Shown: positions 1 through 8,971 of the stretch, in pieces
Position numbering within the stretch: position 1 is the first letter of the stretch
Layout: every line of letters starts with the position of its first letter
DNA from: an uncultured Saprospiraceae bacterium
Lineage (GTDB): Bacteria; Bacteroidota; Bacteroidia; Chitinophagales; Saprospiraceae
DNA: 38,207 nucleotides
Assembly (NCBI GenBank): GCA_964545645.1
Contig: CAZJHC010000001.1
Location: 1 to 38,207 of the forward strand
Direction: 5' to 3'
Program-made: the position numbers and the translations under genes
Notes under the pieces: model-generated
The model's input: only the letters and a program-made list of their open reading frames with translations
Databases searched by the model: none
What the model was told of the DNA's origin: nothing

Positions 1-717
1 ATTTATTACTGGGCCTACTATATTAAACCTAATGTTGTGATATCCTCTCTGGTATACTTCGGCGGCCGTTTCGATTAGAAGTTCTAATCCTTTCCACTTG
101 TTGATATAACAAACAGTCAGGATATTGACGCATGTTTTACTCAAAAGATCAGAAGGAGCTCCAGGTGAAAATTTTTGATGATCTATACCTGACGGAATAA
201 TTGGGGAGGTATTATTGCTTAATGGTTGAAAAGTGGAGGTATAATATTGTGCCGCTCTTTTGCTCACATAGATATAATGATTACACATACGGCACATTAG
301 ATTAAAGACTATTCTGACACTCTTAGGTTGATAAGTATCATGCATAACCCAGACCTTGGGCAGTCCGGAGACATGGGCTGCGATGATCCCTTTAAACTGT
401 GTAGCACTATGGCAGACGACCAGATTGACCTGCTCCTGTTTAAACTTGCAGATCAACTTGATTACATCGGACACAAAGAACAAGAGGTAAAGGAGAATGT
501 TTTTAAGGCCCATACTAATCGACCGTAGTCTTATAGGGATATGCTTGACGTTGTTTTTCTTCCAATCAGATTGATACCTATTTATAGATTCAGGACATAG
601 GATAACCTGCCTAATGGATTGATCAGTCAGTATATCAGAGATATACTGAAGTTGTCCACCACCACGACCATCTTCGCTGATATGAGCGATGACTTTGTTA
701 TCCTTCGAGGTGCTCAT
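1..717 (-). CDS. Glycosyltransferase family 4 (GT-B), truncated by the left window edge; not in the supplied ORF track
   Basis: Manual translation from ATG at 717 is open to position 1: MSTSKDNKVIAHISEDGRGGGQLQYI...VVCHS...VWVMHD...IYVSK...IIPSGID...ILTVCYINKWKGLELLIETAA...FNIVGP. The GG loop, HD, VS, IPxGID and KG elements are typical of GT4. Overlaps the end of the upstream sulfotransferase by 20 bp. Confidence 0.88.
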   Translation of the reverse strand, partial: MSTSKDNKVIAHISEDGRGGGQLQYISDILTDQSIRQVILCPESINRYQSDWKKNNVKHIPIRLRSISMGLKNILLYLLFFVSDVIKLICKFKQEQVNLVVCHSATQFKGIIAAHVSGLPKVWVMHDTYQPKSVRIVFNLMCRMCNHYIYVSKRAAQYYTSTFQPLSNNTSPIIPSGIDHQKFSPGAPSDLLSKTCVNILTVCYINKWKGLELLIETAAEVYQRGYHNIRFNIVGPVIN

Positions 718-1480
718 ACCATTTTTGATTATCTATATATCCATATTTATAAAGAGTCTCTCCCGCATAGGTGTCAAATCGCTTTGCAGATTCTGCGTTA
801 AAGTAGTTTTTCCAATCTCCAACGATGCCTTTCCTTAGAAAGCTAGTCTCTTCTGAATGTTTTTTTTGGTTATCAAATGAGAACTTATCTACGATATGTT
901 GTAGGTCCACCTGCTCATCCAACTTTAAACAACTGATTACCTTTTGCAGGACTAATACGGGATCGGTTCTTAGTGCTTCATAAGTGATAAAGGTTGTAGC
1001 CTTAGGGCAACTATCACTCACATGTTTTGACCAAGTAACCTTTTTACCACCTACAGTATATCTGTTATGAAAGATCTCAATAAACTTTGACAAATTTTTT
1101 CTAACGTTAGTAATATCATCCGCTTGGAGCCATTGACGCCAGTTAGTTTGCTCGAACTTAGGACAGTGATTATTGGGTATTATAAAGTGATGATAGGCTG
1201 AGACCATAACGTCTCTTCCATCTCGGATGATGACAATAGATTTTTGCATCTGCCTTTGGGGCTGTAGATGGCTATGAACAATGTTGGCCCTACTCGTGAT
1301 ATAAGTATTACGAGGAAAAGGAAGCCCGGATATAGCGGAGATCATCTGAGATAGCCAAGTTCCGCCAGATTTAGGAAATTCAGATATATATATATTGGGC
1401 AGGGAGGACCCATATTGCCATAGCACATAGCGCTGCAATGCGATTAGACGGGTGTGAAATTTGTTGTTGTTAAGGCTCAA
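698..1480 (-). CDS. PAPS-dependent sulfotransferase (Sulfotransfer_1, cytosolic-SULT-like)
   Basis: 5'-PSB loop EFPKSGGTWL, 3'-PB motif IIRDGRDVMVSAYHH, YEAL and C-terminal FLRKGIVGDWKNYF. The ORF track starts at 1576 (100 bp overlap with GT2). A TTG at 1480 overlapping the upstream TGA (TTGA) is the more plausible start. Confidence 0.9.
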   Translation of the reverse strand: MSLNNNKFHTRLIALQRYVLWQYGSSLPNIYISEFPKSGGTWLSQMISAISGLPFPRNTYITSRANIVHSHLQPQRQMQKSIVIIRDGRDVMVSAYHHFIIPNNHCPKFEQTNWRQWLQADDITNVRKNLSKFIEIFHNRYTVGGKKVTWSKHVSDSCPKATTFITYEALRTDPVLVLQKVISCLKLDEQVDLQHIVDKFSFDNQKKHSEETSFLRKGIVGDWKNYFNAESAKRFDTYAGETLYKYGYIDNQKWYEHLEG

Positions 1481-2241
1481 TAGTTCTTGACACTTCTGAG
1501 GCCCAATGTAATTAAGTCCTTTAATAAGTAGGGAAGAAATGATAGTACCATGCCTCTTTTGGATAGGTTGATCCATTTTACTCTGAGATTGTTGAGCACT
1601 ATTTTTTTATTTAAGTTCGATTTTAGGGTGTAATCCAGCAGGGTTTCTGGCAAATTATGAAAGCAAACTTTATCATATATCCGATACCACAGATCTGAAT
1701 CTTCTGCCCATCGCAGATTTTCATCATAGTTGCCATATTGTTGATAGACAGATTTTTTAATCATAATAGTAGGGTGGAATACTAGTGTTTTTTTAAATAG
1801 CCTCTTTATTATTTCTTCGTGATTAGAGGGTAATATTTGGTCTTTGATATGGTGTCCTTGCTCATCCTTATATCTCACGCCAGAGCCCAAGATATCTATG
1901 TCTGGATGTGCTATCATATAATCATATTGTTTCTTGAGTCTATTGAGATGAGACACATCATCTGCATCCATGCGAGCGATGATATCAGACTTAGTGGCGT
2001 CTATTCCTCTATTTAAAGAGTAAGATAGACCTCTGTTGACTTGATTGGTGAGAATGGTTATGCGTGCGTCTTTTGAGGCGTATTGATTAAGTATGTCAAG
2101 AGTATTATCTGTACTGGCATCATCTATAACAATAATTTCAATTTGCCTTAAGGATTGGTCAATAAGACTATCCATGGCGGCGATGATAGTGCTTTGGGCA
2201 TTATAACAGGATATCACCACAGATACTGCTGGCTTATCCAT
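1477..2241 (-). CDS. Glycosyltransferase family 2 (GT-A)
   Basis: VSVVISCYN, IVIDDASTD, NRGLSYSLNRG, ARMDADD (DxD) and AEDSDLW motifs. Start placed at MDKPAV (2241), an 8-bp overlap with the upstream stop; the ORF track extends to 2298. Confidence 0.92.
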   Translation of the reverse strand: MDKPAVSVVISCYNAQSTIIAAMDSLIDQSLRQIEIIVIDDASTDNTLDILNQYASKDARITILTNQVNRGLSYSLNRGIDATKSDIIARMDADDVSHLNRLKKQYDYMIAHPDIDILGSGVRYKDEQGHHIKDQILPSNHEEIIKRLFKKTLVFHPTIMIKKSVYQQYGNYDENLRWAEDSDLWYRIYDKVCFHNLPETLLDYTLKSNLNKKIVLNNLRVKWINLSKRGMVLSFLPYLLKDLITLGLRSVKNY

Positions 2242-3475
2242 AAACTTGCTTCTTTTGACGCTGCAATAAGATTGTGACGACACCGCTGGCGAGGCCAAAA
2301 AATATCCAATAATAAATGGTAAACATAGAATCCTCTCCTAATCCAAAGAACATCATAAATGAAAAGAAAAAAATGAGACACTTTTCAAAGGGCCGAGCAA
2401 TTTTTTGTAAACGAACGATAACCCACATAAGCCTGGCCTGTACCGCTAGATGAATGGAGCCTAGGATAAGCCCTAAACTACCAAAGAGATGAACGTAGTC
2501 AGACTCTGGAGCTATAGGAACATAGTCTAGTATAGCATTGAGGTTATAAAAGTCCGCAAAAATCTGGCGATTAAAGATCTCCGTATATATGGGATAACCA
2601 CCTAATCCTACTCCAAATGAAAAGTTTGTCATGATATTATAGGCATTGGCGTAGCTATAAAAGCGTGTGTCGTATATTATATTGTCAAAATAGTGATCCT
2701 TAACAAAGTAAATGATGATCGCAGCAAATACACTTACTAGTAGCAAGCGTCTGCGGTTAGTCAAGCTGAATACTAACAAAGCTCCTAACATACCTATTAT
2801 AAAACTTCGTATCCCAAAACCAGAGAGCAAGATTATTAAAATTAGTCCTCCTTGGGCTGTCCTATTCTTAATCATAAATAAGCTGTAGGCAAGTAAAAAT
2901 CCGAGCAAGTACCCGTATCGCTGTTTCATTATGCCGAAGTCATCTAAGCTATGAACAAAGGCATCGTTAAATTCCTCAAAATAATATGACACAGAATACT
3001 GTATAAGGATCTGAGCTAAGCAAAAAACCACCAAACACATTAAAAGGGAATAAATCCATATAGTCTTTCGATAGAAAAGACGGTCATTCCAATCTTCTAT
3101 CTTTATGATATAAATATGGACGACTATAGCAATAGCAATAAAAACCAGTTGATATAGCACCCATGATGGATCTATATATGGGGCTGTCCCCAAGTTGATT
3201 AGATATAATAAGACGAGTACAGCATATTGTTGTAATGAGGACCAAGATGTACTGATGGCCCTCCCGCAAGTAATCATCACAACGACCAGTCCAGCAAAAG
3301 AGATATAGTTCACAAAGTTAAAGGCACTACCTCCAAGGGCATTAATTTCGACAGGAAAGCCCAATGCTATGGAAAGATAAAAATCAAAGAAGGTTAACCG
3401 GAGCAATGCCATCAACAAGAAGAAAGAAATTATACTGATTCGAATATCTGGTATGGCGTATGATTTGTTAATCAC
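2234..3475 (-). CDS. Polysaccharide polymerase Wzy / O-antigen-ligase-like polytopic membrane protein
   Basis: About ten or more hydrophobic segments; C-terminal loop FGVGLGGY...APESDYVHLFGSLGL resembles the Wzy_C/WaaL loop; located between wzx and the GTs; GTG start. Confidence 0.72.
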   Translation of the reverse strand: MINKSYAIPDIRISIISFFLLMALLRLTFFDFYLSIALGFPVEINALGGSAFNFVNYISFAGLVVVMITCGRAISTSWSSLQQYAVLVLLYLINLGTAPYIDPSWVLYQLVFIAIAIVVHIYIIKIEDWNDRLFYRKTIWIYSLLMCLVVFCLAQILIQYSVSYYFEEFNDAFVHSLDDFGIMKQRYGYLLGFLLAYSLFMIKNRTAQGGLILIILLSGFGIRSFIIGMLGALLVFSLTNRRRLLLVSVFAAIIIYFVKDHYFDNIIYDTRFYSYANAYNIMTNFSFGVGLGGYPIYTEIFNRQIFADFYNLNAILDYVPIAPESDYVHLFGSLGLILGSIHLAVQARLMWVIVRLQKIARPFEKCLIFFFSFMMFFGLGEDSMFTIYYWIFFGLASGVVTILLQRQKKQVYG

Positions 3476-3495
3476 GGTATGATAAAAAGCTGTTA

Positions 3496-4932
3496 TTAAA
3501 TTCTATTCTTGATAAATTCTATCTGTTCTTTAACTCTATGAGTAAATATAAGGGATACCAATCCTACGCTAACGAGATATGATAAAGTTAATAGACTCAG
3601 AACCCAAAGGGTGGGATTGACTTCTAAGACTTCCATCAATGGCATCAGGAGATATGATGTCGAGATAAAACCAACATATAGGGTAATAATATAACCGATG
3701 CAAGACATAGCAATCAACTTGGGTTGAGTATATCGTAGGATGGTTAGACACCAAATCACAAACCAGTACAAAAATGAAACAACACTATAGAGCATTACAA
3801 ATGTTGTCATATCAATATTATAATAAAGAAAACCGCCTAGTACGGGAAGGTAGACTATAGTGATGCCAACCCAATATAGCTTTGTTAATTCTTTGGTTTT
3901 GAGATCATTGATATACATGATATTGGTAAGGCCTTTAAAGATTAAGGCGAGCCCCAAGAATGCTAACCATGTGACGTAACCACCAGCTTCAAACCATTGA
4001 TCTCCTAAGATCCAAAGTGTTAGCTCCGATCCGTATAAAAAACAGATCAAACAAGGGATACCGATAAAGTTTAAGATCAATAAGTTCAGAACAATGTAGG
4101 CCTTGCTAAGACGATTTTGAGGCATTGAACTGAGGTAGGTCATGGCAGGGGTCGTTATGGCATTGCGAAAAGCATTAGGTTTTTCTACAACAAAAAGGCC
4201 TCGTTCATAATGTCCTAAGGTTGCTTCTCCAAAGATCTTCCCCACCGCTAATTTTTCAATATTGCCACTGATTCCTGTAATTAGTCTGCTTATAGTTAGA
4301 TGGTAAGCCTGAAGAACATATGGCTTGATTTTAGATAGATCTTGTTTAGAGACAAGTTGATACTTTGCTCTAGCGCAGATCATAGCAGAGATCAATCTCG
4401 TGACGCTATAACTGAGATGCTTAATCGCCAAAGCTATTGGTCCATATCCCAATGACGCTAAGAGGATGGATAGTCCAAGAGCTACGACATTTGACCCTAC
4501 CGAAATAGATTGTGTTTGATAAAACTGTTTCTGACGCAATAGTTGGCTGTATGGCTGATTAGAGCTGCTCATGCTTATGGCAGAGAGGGCTAAGATCCCG
4601 AATAATAAATACAGATCGTGGATATCGTAGTAGAACACCATAACTGGGGCGATGATCATTAGAATGAGTGCGACAGAAGATCCAAAAAATAGATTAATAG
4701 ACAAGAATGATGAGTTGATTGTCGTATCAACCTTTGGATACTTGAGATAGATAGGGGTTAAGCCGAAATCCAAAAAAGACTGAAAAAACAAAAATACGGA
4801 ATAACATAAAGCATAGATCCCGAAATCAGTGGGAGTAAGGATCCTCGCCAAGACTATCATACCAGCAAGGCTTATCAGTTGCTGGAACCCAACACCTACT
4901 ATAGATATGGCTCCCCCTTTAATAGGATTCAT
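3496..4932 (-). CDS. wzx: Oligosaccharide flippase (Wzx/WzxC family)
   Basis: N-terminal VLARILTPTDFGIYAL...DFGL, central VGKIFGEATLGHY and ILGDQWFEA motifs; many TM helices; 478 aa. Confidence 0.88.
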   Translation of the reverse strand: MNPIKGGAISIVGVGFQQLISLAGMIVLARILTPTDFGIYALCYSVFLFFQSFLDFGLTPIYLKYPKVDTTINSSFLSINLFFGSSVALILMIIAPVMVFYYDIHDLYLLFGILALSAISMSSSNQPYSQLLRQKQFYQTQSISVGSNVVALGLSILLASLGYGPIALAIKHLSYSVTRLISAMICARAKYQLVSKQDLSKIKPYVLQAYHLTISRLITGISGNIEKLAVGKIFGEATLGHYERGLFVVEKPNAFRNAITTPAMTYLSSMPQNRLSKAYIVLNLLILNFIGIPCLICFLYGSELTLWILGDQWFEAGGYVTWLAFLGLALIFKGLTNIMYINDLKTKELTKLYWVGITIVYLPVLGGFLYYNIDMTTFVMLYSVVSFLYWFVIWCLTILRYTQPKLIAMSCIGYIITLYVGFISTSYLLMPLMEVLEVNPTLWVLSLLTLSYLVSVGLVSLIFTHRVKEQIEFIKNRI

Positions 4933-4935
4933 CCC

Positions 4936-5841
4936 TTAAATATACGACCGTGCGCTGCAGAGCTCACCGAATGCTGGATGAATATCTCCTACAGCCTCAA
5001 TGATAGATATGATTCTGTGTAATTCTTCTTTGTTGAGCGTTTCGTTCCAGAAGAAGTCTAAACTGCCTTGACCTTGTTGTAATGCAGAAAATCGCCTAGA
5101 ATGAATGGTACTGAGTCCTAAGAGAGATGGTGTAAATAAATGAGACGGATGGATGGGATGATGATAATGATCTAATTTTTTTAATAGGGCAGTAGCGGTC
5201 TCATAGGGTTGGAGATATAGATCTTCGTAATAAAGGGGTAGCACTCTAAGAGTTTTTAGTTGATCATAGGCGAGCATATTTGTATATGACCAGATGAATG
5301 CGTTTTGGGAGATTCGGTCTTGACATTTCTTGGAGATCGCTGCTAAGCGATCGTCCTGGATAGATCTTGTTAACAACTTCCAGTGCATATCAAAACCAAT
5401 ATCCTCCCAGTATCTAGGTCTATTGATGATAGATGCTATCACTGCCAAAGGATGCCTGATTATGAAAATCACTTGAGCATTGAGGTCCTTAACTAGGGGG
5501 ACGAAGTGAGTATTAATCCGGATTGATTTTAATCCTAGCAGTTCGCTGTGACTCCATATGTGGTCGATATATAGATCGTCAATTTCTTCTAAGTGGGAGG
5601 GGAGGTGGTTTCTAAGGAGCCACTTATCTCGGTTTCCTTTGCTAAGGACACTAACAGCATGATGCTTTAATGGGCCAGCATTGATTGCAGTCCGATAGAT
5701 AGTATCCGATATGTCTTGATATACACAGGGATGATATGGCTCGAAGAGTATTAATCTACCAGTGTATTTGGAAATTATATCTGATAACCAAGTTGTCCCG
5801 GATCTACCAAAACCAAGAATAATAAGGGGGCTTCTTAGCAC
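4936..5841 (-). CDS. PAPS-dependent sulfotransferase (second type, carbohydrate-sulfotransferase-like)
   Basis: IILGFGRSGTTWL PSB loop, LFEP, FIIRHPLAVIAS (3'-PB R..S) and YEDL; GTG start; immediately downstream of cysN. Confidence 0.88.
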   Translation of the reverse strand: MLRSPLIILGFGRSGTTWLSDIISKYTGRLILFEPYHPCVYQDISDTIYRTAINAGPLKHHAVSVLSKGNRDKWLLRNHLPSHLEEIDDLYIDHIWSHSELLGLKSIRINTHFVPLVKDLNAQVIFIIRHPLAVIASIINRPRYWEDIGFDMHWKLLTRSIQDDRLAAISKKCQDRISQNAFIWSYTNMLAYDQLKTLRVLPLYYEDLYLQPYETATALLKKLDHYHHPIHPSHLFTPSLLGLSTIHSRRFSALQQGQGSLDFFWNETLNKEELHRIISIIEAVGDIHPAFGELCSARSYI

Positions 5842-5860
5842 CTCAAAAAGATATGAATTC

Positions 5861-7123
5861 TTAGATGATCATTCCTGCAGCAACAGTATTATTTGATGCT
5901 TCATCGATCAAGATGATACTTCCTGTATTACGATTCTTTCTATAGGAGTCAATAAATAATGGCTTAGTAGTACGCAAGACTACTCGTGCTATATCATTCA
6001 TATTTATCTCCTTATCTTCTACATCTCTATGTAAGGAGTTTATATCTAATTTATACCTGATCTCCTTAACAATGCATCTTGCATCTTGACTTGTATGCTT
6101 GATGCTATATTTGCCTCTTGCCTGTAGGGGCTTGTTGCTATTAAACCAACATAACATAACCTCTATATCCTGGGTAATCTCTGGCTGGTTGTTTTCCCTG
6201 ACGATCATATCTCCACGACTGAGGTCTAAATCATCTTCTAATAATACTGTTACAGATTGAGGAGGGAATGCTTGCTCTTGCTCACCATCTGGTCCCATTA
6301 TGGATTTAATCTTAGTTGTAAAGCCAGTAGGAAGCAGAGTAACCTTATCTCCTTTTTTCATAATACCTCCTGCTAATCTTCCTGCATAGCCTCTATAGTC
6401 ATGAAACTCATCTGTATTAGGACGAATTACGAATTGGACAGGAAACCGTGCGTCTATAAAGTTATGATCACTGGCGATGTGTACATTTTCTAAATAATAC
6501 ATCAAGGTTGGTCCATCATACCATGCAGTCTTTTTTGACCGGGTTACTACATTATCACCTAGCAAGGCCGATATTGGAATGAAATGAACATCGACCACAT
6601 CAAGTTTTGCTGCAAAACTTTCAAAAGCCTCTTGGATTTTATCGTATTCTTTTTGACTGAAGTCTACGAGGTCCATTTTATTGATACAAACTACGATATG
6701 AGGTATCTGGAGCAAAGATGCGATAATAGCATGTCGTCTTGTTTGTTCTACTACACCATGTCGAGCATCTATAAGTATGAGGGCAACATTGGCCGTAGAG
6801 GCCCCAGTAACCATATTGCGTGTATACTGTATATGCCCTGGAGTATCGGCTATGATAAACTTTCTCTTAGGAGTACTGAAGTATCTATAAGCAACATCAA
6901 TGGTTATGCCTTGCTCCCTTTCGGATTTAAGGCCATCGGTTAATAGGGCTAGATTGATCCCTTCTTCTCCTCTTCTTTCTGTAGCATCTTTTATTTGATC
7001 ATATTGATCTTGAAATATGCTCTTGCTATCATACAATAGTCTCCCTATCAATGTTGACTTACCGTCGTCTACACTTCCTGCTGTAGTAAATCTTAATAGT
7101 TCTGTATTATTATCTTGAGTCAT
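5861..7123 (-). CDS. cysN: Sulfate adenylyltransferase subunit 1 (GTPase), stand-alone and not fused to CysC
   Basis: LLRFTTAGSVDDGKSTLIGRLL, REQGITIDVAYRYF, DTPGH, NKMD and C-terminal TVAAGMI. Confidence 0.97.
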   Translation of the reverse strand: MTQDNNTELLRFTTAGSVDDGKSTLIGRLLYDSKSIFQDQYDQIKDATERRGEEGINLALLTDGLKSEREQGITIDVAYRYFSTPKRKFIIADTPGHIQYTRNMVTGASTANVALILIDARHGVVEQTRRHAIIASLLQIPHIVVCINKMDLVDFSQKEYDKIQEAFESFAAKLDVVDVHFIPISALLGDNVVTRSKKTAWYDGPTLMYYLENVHIASDHNFIDARFPVQFVIRPNTDEFHDYRGYAGRLAGGIMKKGDKVTLLPTGFTTKIKSIMGPDGEQEQAFPPQSVTVLLEDDLDLSRGDMIVRENNQPEITQDIEVMLCWFNSNKPLQARGKYSIKHTSQDARCIVKEIRYKLDINSLHRDVEDKEINMNDIARVVLRTTKPLFIDSYRKNRNTGSIILIDEASNNTVAAGMII

Positions 7124-7157
7124 TATTATCTTTTTGATTTTGTTCTAGCAAAGAGTT

Positions 7158-8060
7158 TTAGAAATAACCTTCTTTTTTTCGATCCTCCATTGCTGTTTCA
7201 CTCCTCTTATCATCAGTTCTTCCTCCTCGTTCGGTCATCCTTGTCGTTGCTACCTCGGCTATGATATCTTCAACAGTAGAGGCATCGGACTTCCAAACTC
7301 CTGTGCACGTCATATCTCCGATAGTTCTACATCGGACGGTTTCTTTGAATACTTTTTCCTCTGGTCTCTTGGTGATATAATCACAGTCTGCTAACAGGGT
7401 TCCTTCTCTTTCAAAAACCTCTCTTTCATGTGAGAAATAAAGAGATGGAAGATCAACATTTTCCATAGCAAGATATTGCCACACATCCAGTTCAGTCCAG
7501 TTACTAATCGGGAAGATTCTAAAATGCTCACCCATGTTTTTCTTCCCATTGAACAAATTCCAAAGCTCAGGACGTTGATTTTTTGGGTCCCATTGACTAA
7601 ACTCGTCTCTATGAGAAAAGAACCGCTCCTTTGCACGAGCTTTTTCTTCATCTCTTCGAGCCCCTCCCATAGCGGCATCAAACTTGCCTTTTTCTAATGC
7701 TTCTAAGAGCACCGCTATTTGAAGCATATTTCTGCTAGCATTGATACCTTTCTCTTCTACCACCAATCCAGACTTGATTGCTTCATCTACAGATCCTACG
7801 ATTAGTTTGGCTCCTAACTTATCTACAAGATTATCTCTGTACGAAATAGTCTCAGGAAAGTTATGTCCCGTATCAACATGAAGAAGGGGAAAAGGAATCT
7901 TGGCAGGATAAAATGCTTTATGAGCCAGATGCACAATAAGTATAGAATCCTTACCTCCTGAAAACATAATTACTGGTCGCTCAAACTGAGCGGCAACCTC
8001 TCTTAGAATGAATATTGATTCTGATTCTAATTCCTTAAGATGACTGATATTATAGTCCAT
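7158..8060 (-). CDS. cysD: Sulfate adenylyltransferase subunit 2
   Basis: LESESIFILREVAAQFERPV, SGGKDS, GGARRDEEKARAKER, NQRPELW and C-terminal MEDRKKEGYF. Confidence 0.97.
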   Translation of the reverse strand: MDYNISHLKELESESIFILREVAAQFERPVIMFSGGKDSILIVHLAHKAFYPAKIPFPLLHVDTGHNFPETISYRDNLVDKLGAKLIVGSVDEAIKSGLVVEEKGINASRNMLQIAVLLEALEKGKFDAAMGGARRDEEKARAKERFFSHRDEFSQWDPKNQRPELWNLFNGKKNMGEHFRIFPISNWTELDVWQYLAMENVDLPSLYFSHEREVFEREGTLLADCDYITKRPEEKVFKETVRCRTIGDMTCTGVWKSDASTVEDIIAEVATTRMTERGGRTDDKRSETAMEDRKKEGYF

Positions 8061-8063
8061 TGA

Positions 8064-8666
8064 TTATATCAATTTCGAATTTTTAACAATGAAGTTATAT
8101 AGATTATTCACACTCTCGTCTACCGTTTGGGATTGTGTTGTTACAACATAATCTGCAGCTAGAGGTTCTTGGTATGGCGAATCGATACCCGTAAATCCTT
8201 TTATCAGGCCGTTACGAGCTTTCTTATATAGTCCTTTGACATCTCTATCTTCACACAACTCTAGGGATGTATTTATATATATCTCATAAAAATCACTTGA
8301 ACCGATGATGTTTTTGGCCATCGAACGAATTTCTCTTGTAGGACTAATAAAAGAACAAAGTGTGATGATGCCACTGTTAACATATAGCTTAGCTACCTCG
8401 GATATTCTACGGATATTTTCTTCTCTATCTTCTAGGTTGAATGTTAGGTTATTGGAAATGCCTGAGCGTATATTGTCTCCATCTAAGACCTGAGCAAAGA
8501 AACCCTGAGCAAACAATTTTCTTTCCACACCTTTGGCTATGGTACTTTTCCCAGAGCCTGACAATCCTGTCAACCAATATACCTTGCTATTTTGATTTAA
8601 AAACTTTTGTCTCTCATCTCGTTGTACGAGCTGATCAAAGATGGTGTGGATGTTTTCTTGCGACAA
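8064..8666 (-). CDS. cysC: Adenylyl-sulfate (APS) kinase
   Basis: WLTGLSGSGKST P-loop, LDGDNIR, RDVKGLYKKAR and FTGIDSPY; TTG start. Confidence 0.97.
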   Translation of the reverse strand: MSQENIHTIFDQLVQRDERQKFLNQNSKVYWLTGLSGSGKSTIAKGVERKLFAQGFFAQVLDGDNIRSGISNNLTFNLEDREENIRRISEVAKLYVNSGIITLCSFISPTREIRSMAKNIIGSSDFYEIYINTSLELCEDRDVKGLYKKARNGLIKGFTGIDSPYQEPLAADYVVTTQSQTVDESVNNLYNFIVKNSKLI

Positions 8667-8668
8667 AA

Positions 8669-8908
8669 CTATTTTTTGAATGGGTTTATCTTTCGGATAC
8701 TTCCTCTGGGTACTGCCTGCCAGGCTCGCTCATGCATATAATAAATTATCAACTTGATCACAAACTCAATAGACGCCACCTGAATCGCGGTATCCATTTC
8801 TCCCGTTGTGAAATAAGTAATAGTAAAAATAGTTGATGTGGCAATCACTCTCCATGTAAGACCCTTAAGAATACTTCTAAGATGAGACTCTTTTTCAACT
8901 TCTGGCAT
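8669..8908 (-). CDS. DUF2061-family small membrane protein
   Basis: ESHLRSILKGLTWRVIAT...YYMHERAW signature; 79 aa with two hydrophobic segments; 2 bp upstream of cysC. Confidence 0.85.
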   Translation of the reverse strand: MPEVEKESHLRSILKGLTWRVIATSTIFTITYFTTGEMDTAIQVASIEFVIKLIIYYMHERAWQAVPRGSIRKINPFKK

Positions 8909-8933
8909 TTTCAGTTTTTTTGAAAACAGTCCA

Positions 8934-8941
8934 CAAACCTA
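8934..8941 (-). promoter_or_regulatory. Bacteroidota sigma70 -7 element (TAGGTTTG) upstream of DUF2061-cysC-cysD-cysN
   Basis: Exact match to TAnnTTTG on the minus strand, 25 bp before the DUF2061 ATG, in the largest intergenic gap (63 bp) of the left-hand run. No clear -33 TTTG seen. Confidence 0.55.
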
Positions 8942-8971
8942 CAATTAATCTTTAAGCTTTGATAGACTCAT

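Noticed and set aside
328-801. Two short plus-strand ORFs (66 and 60 aa)
   Set aside because: Antisense shadows of the GT4 and sulfotransferase genes, with no recognisable motifs.
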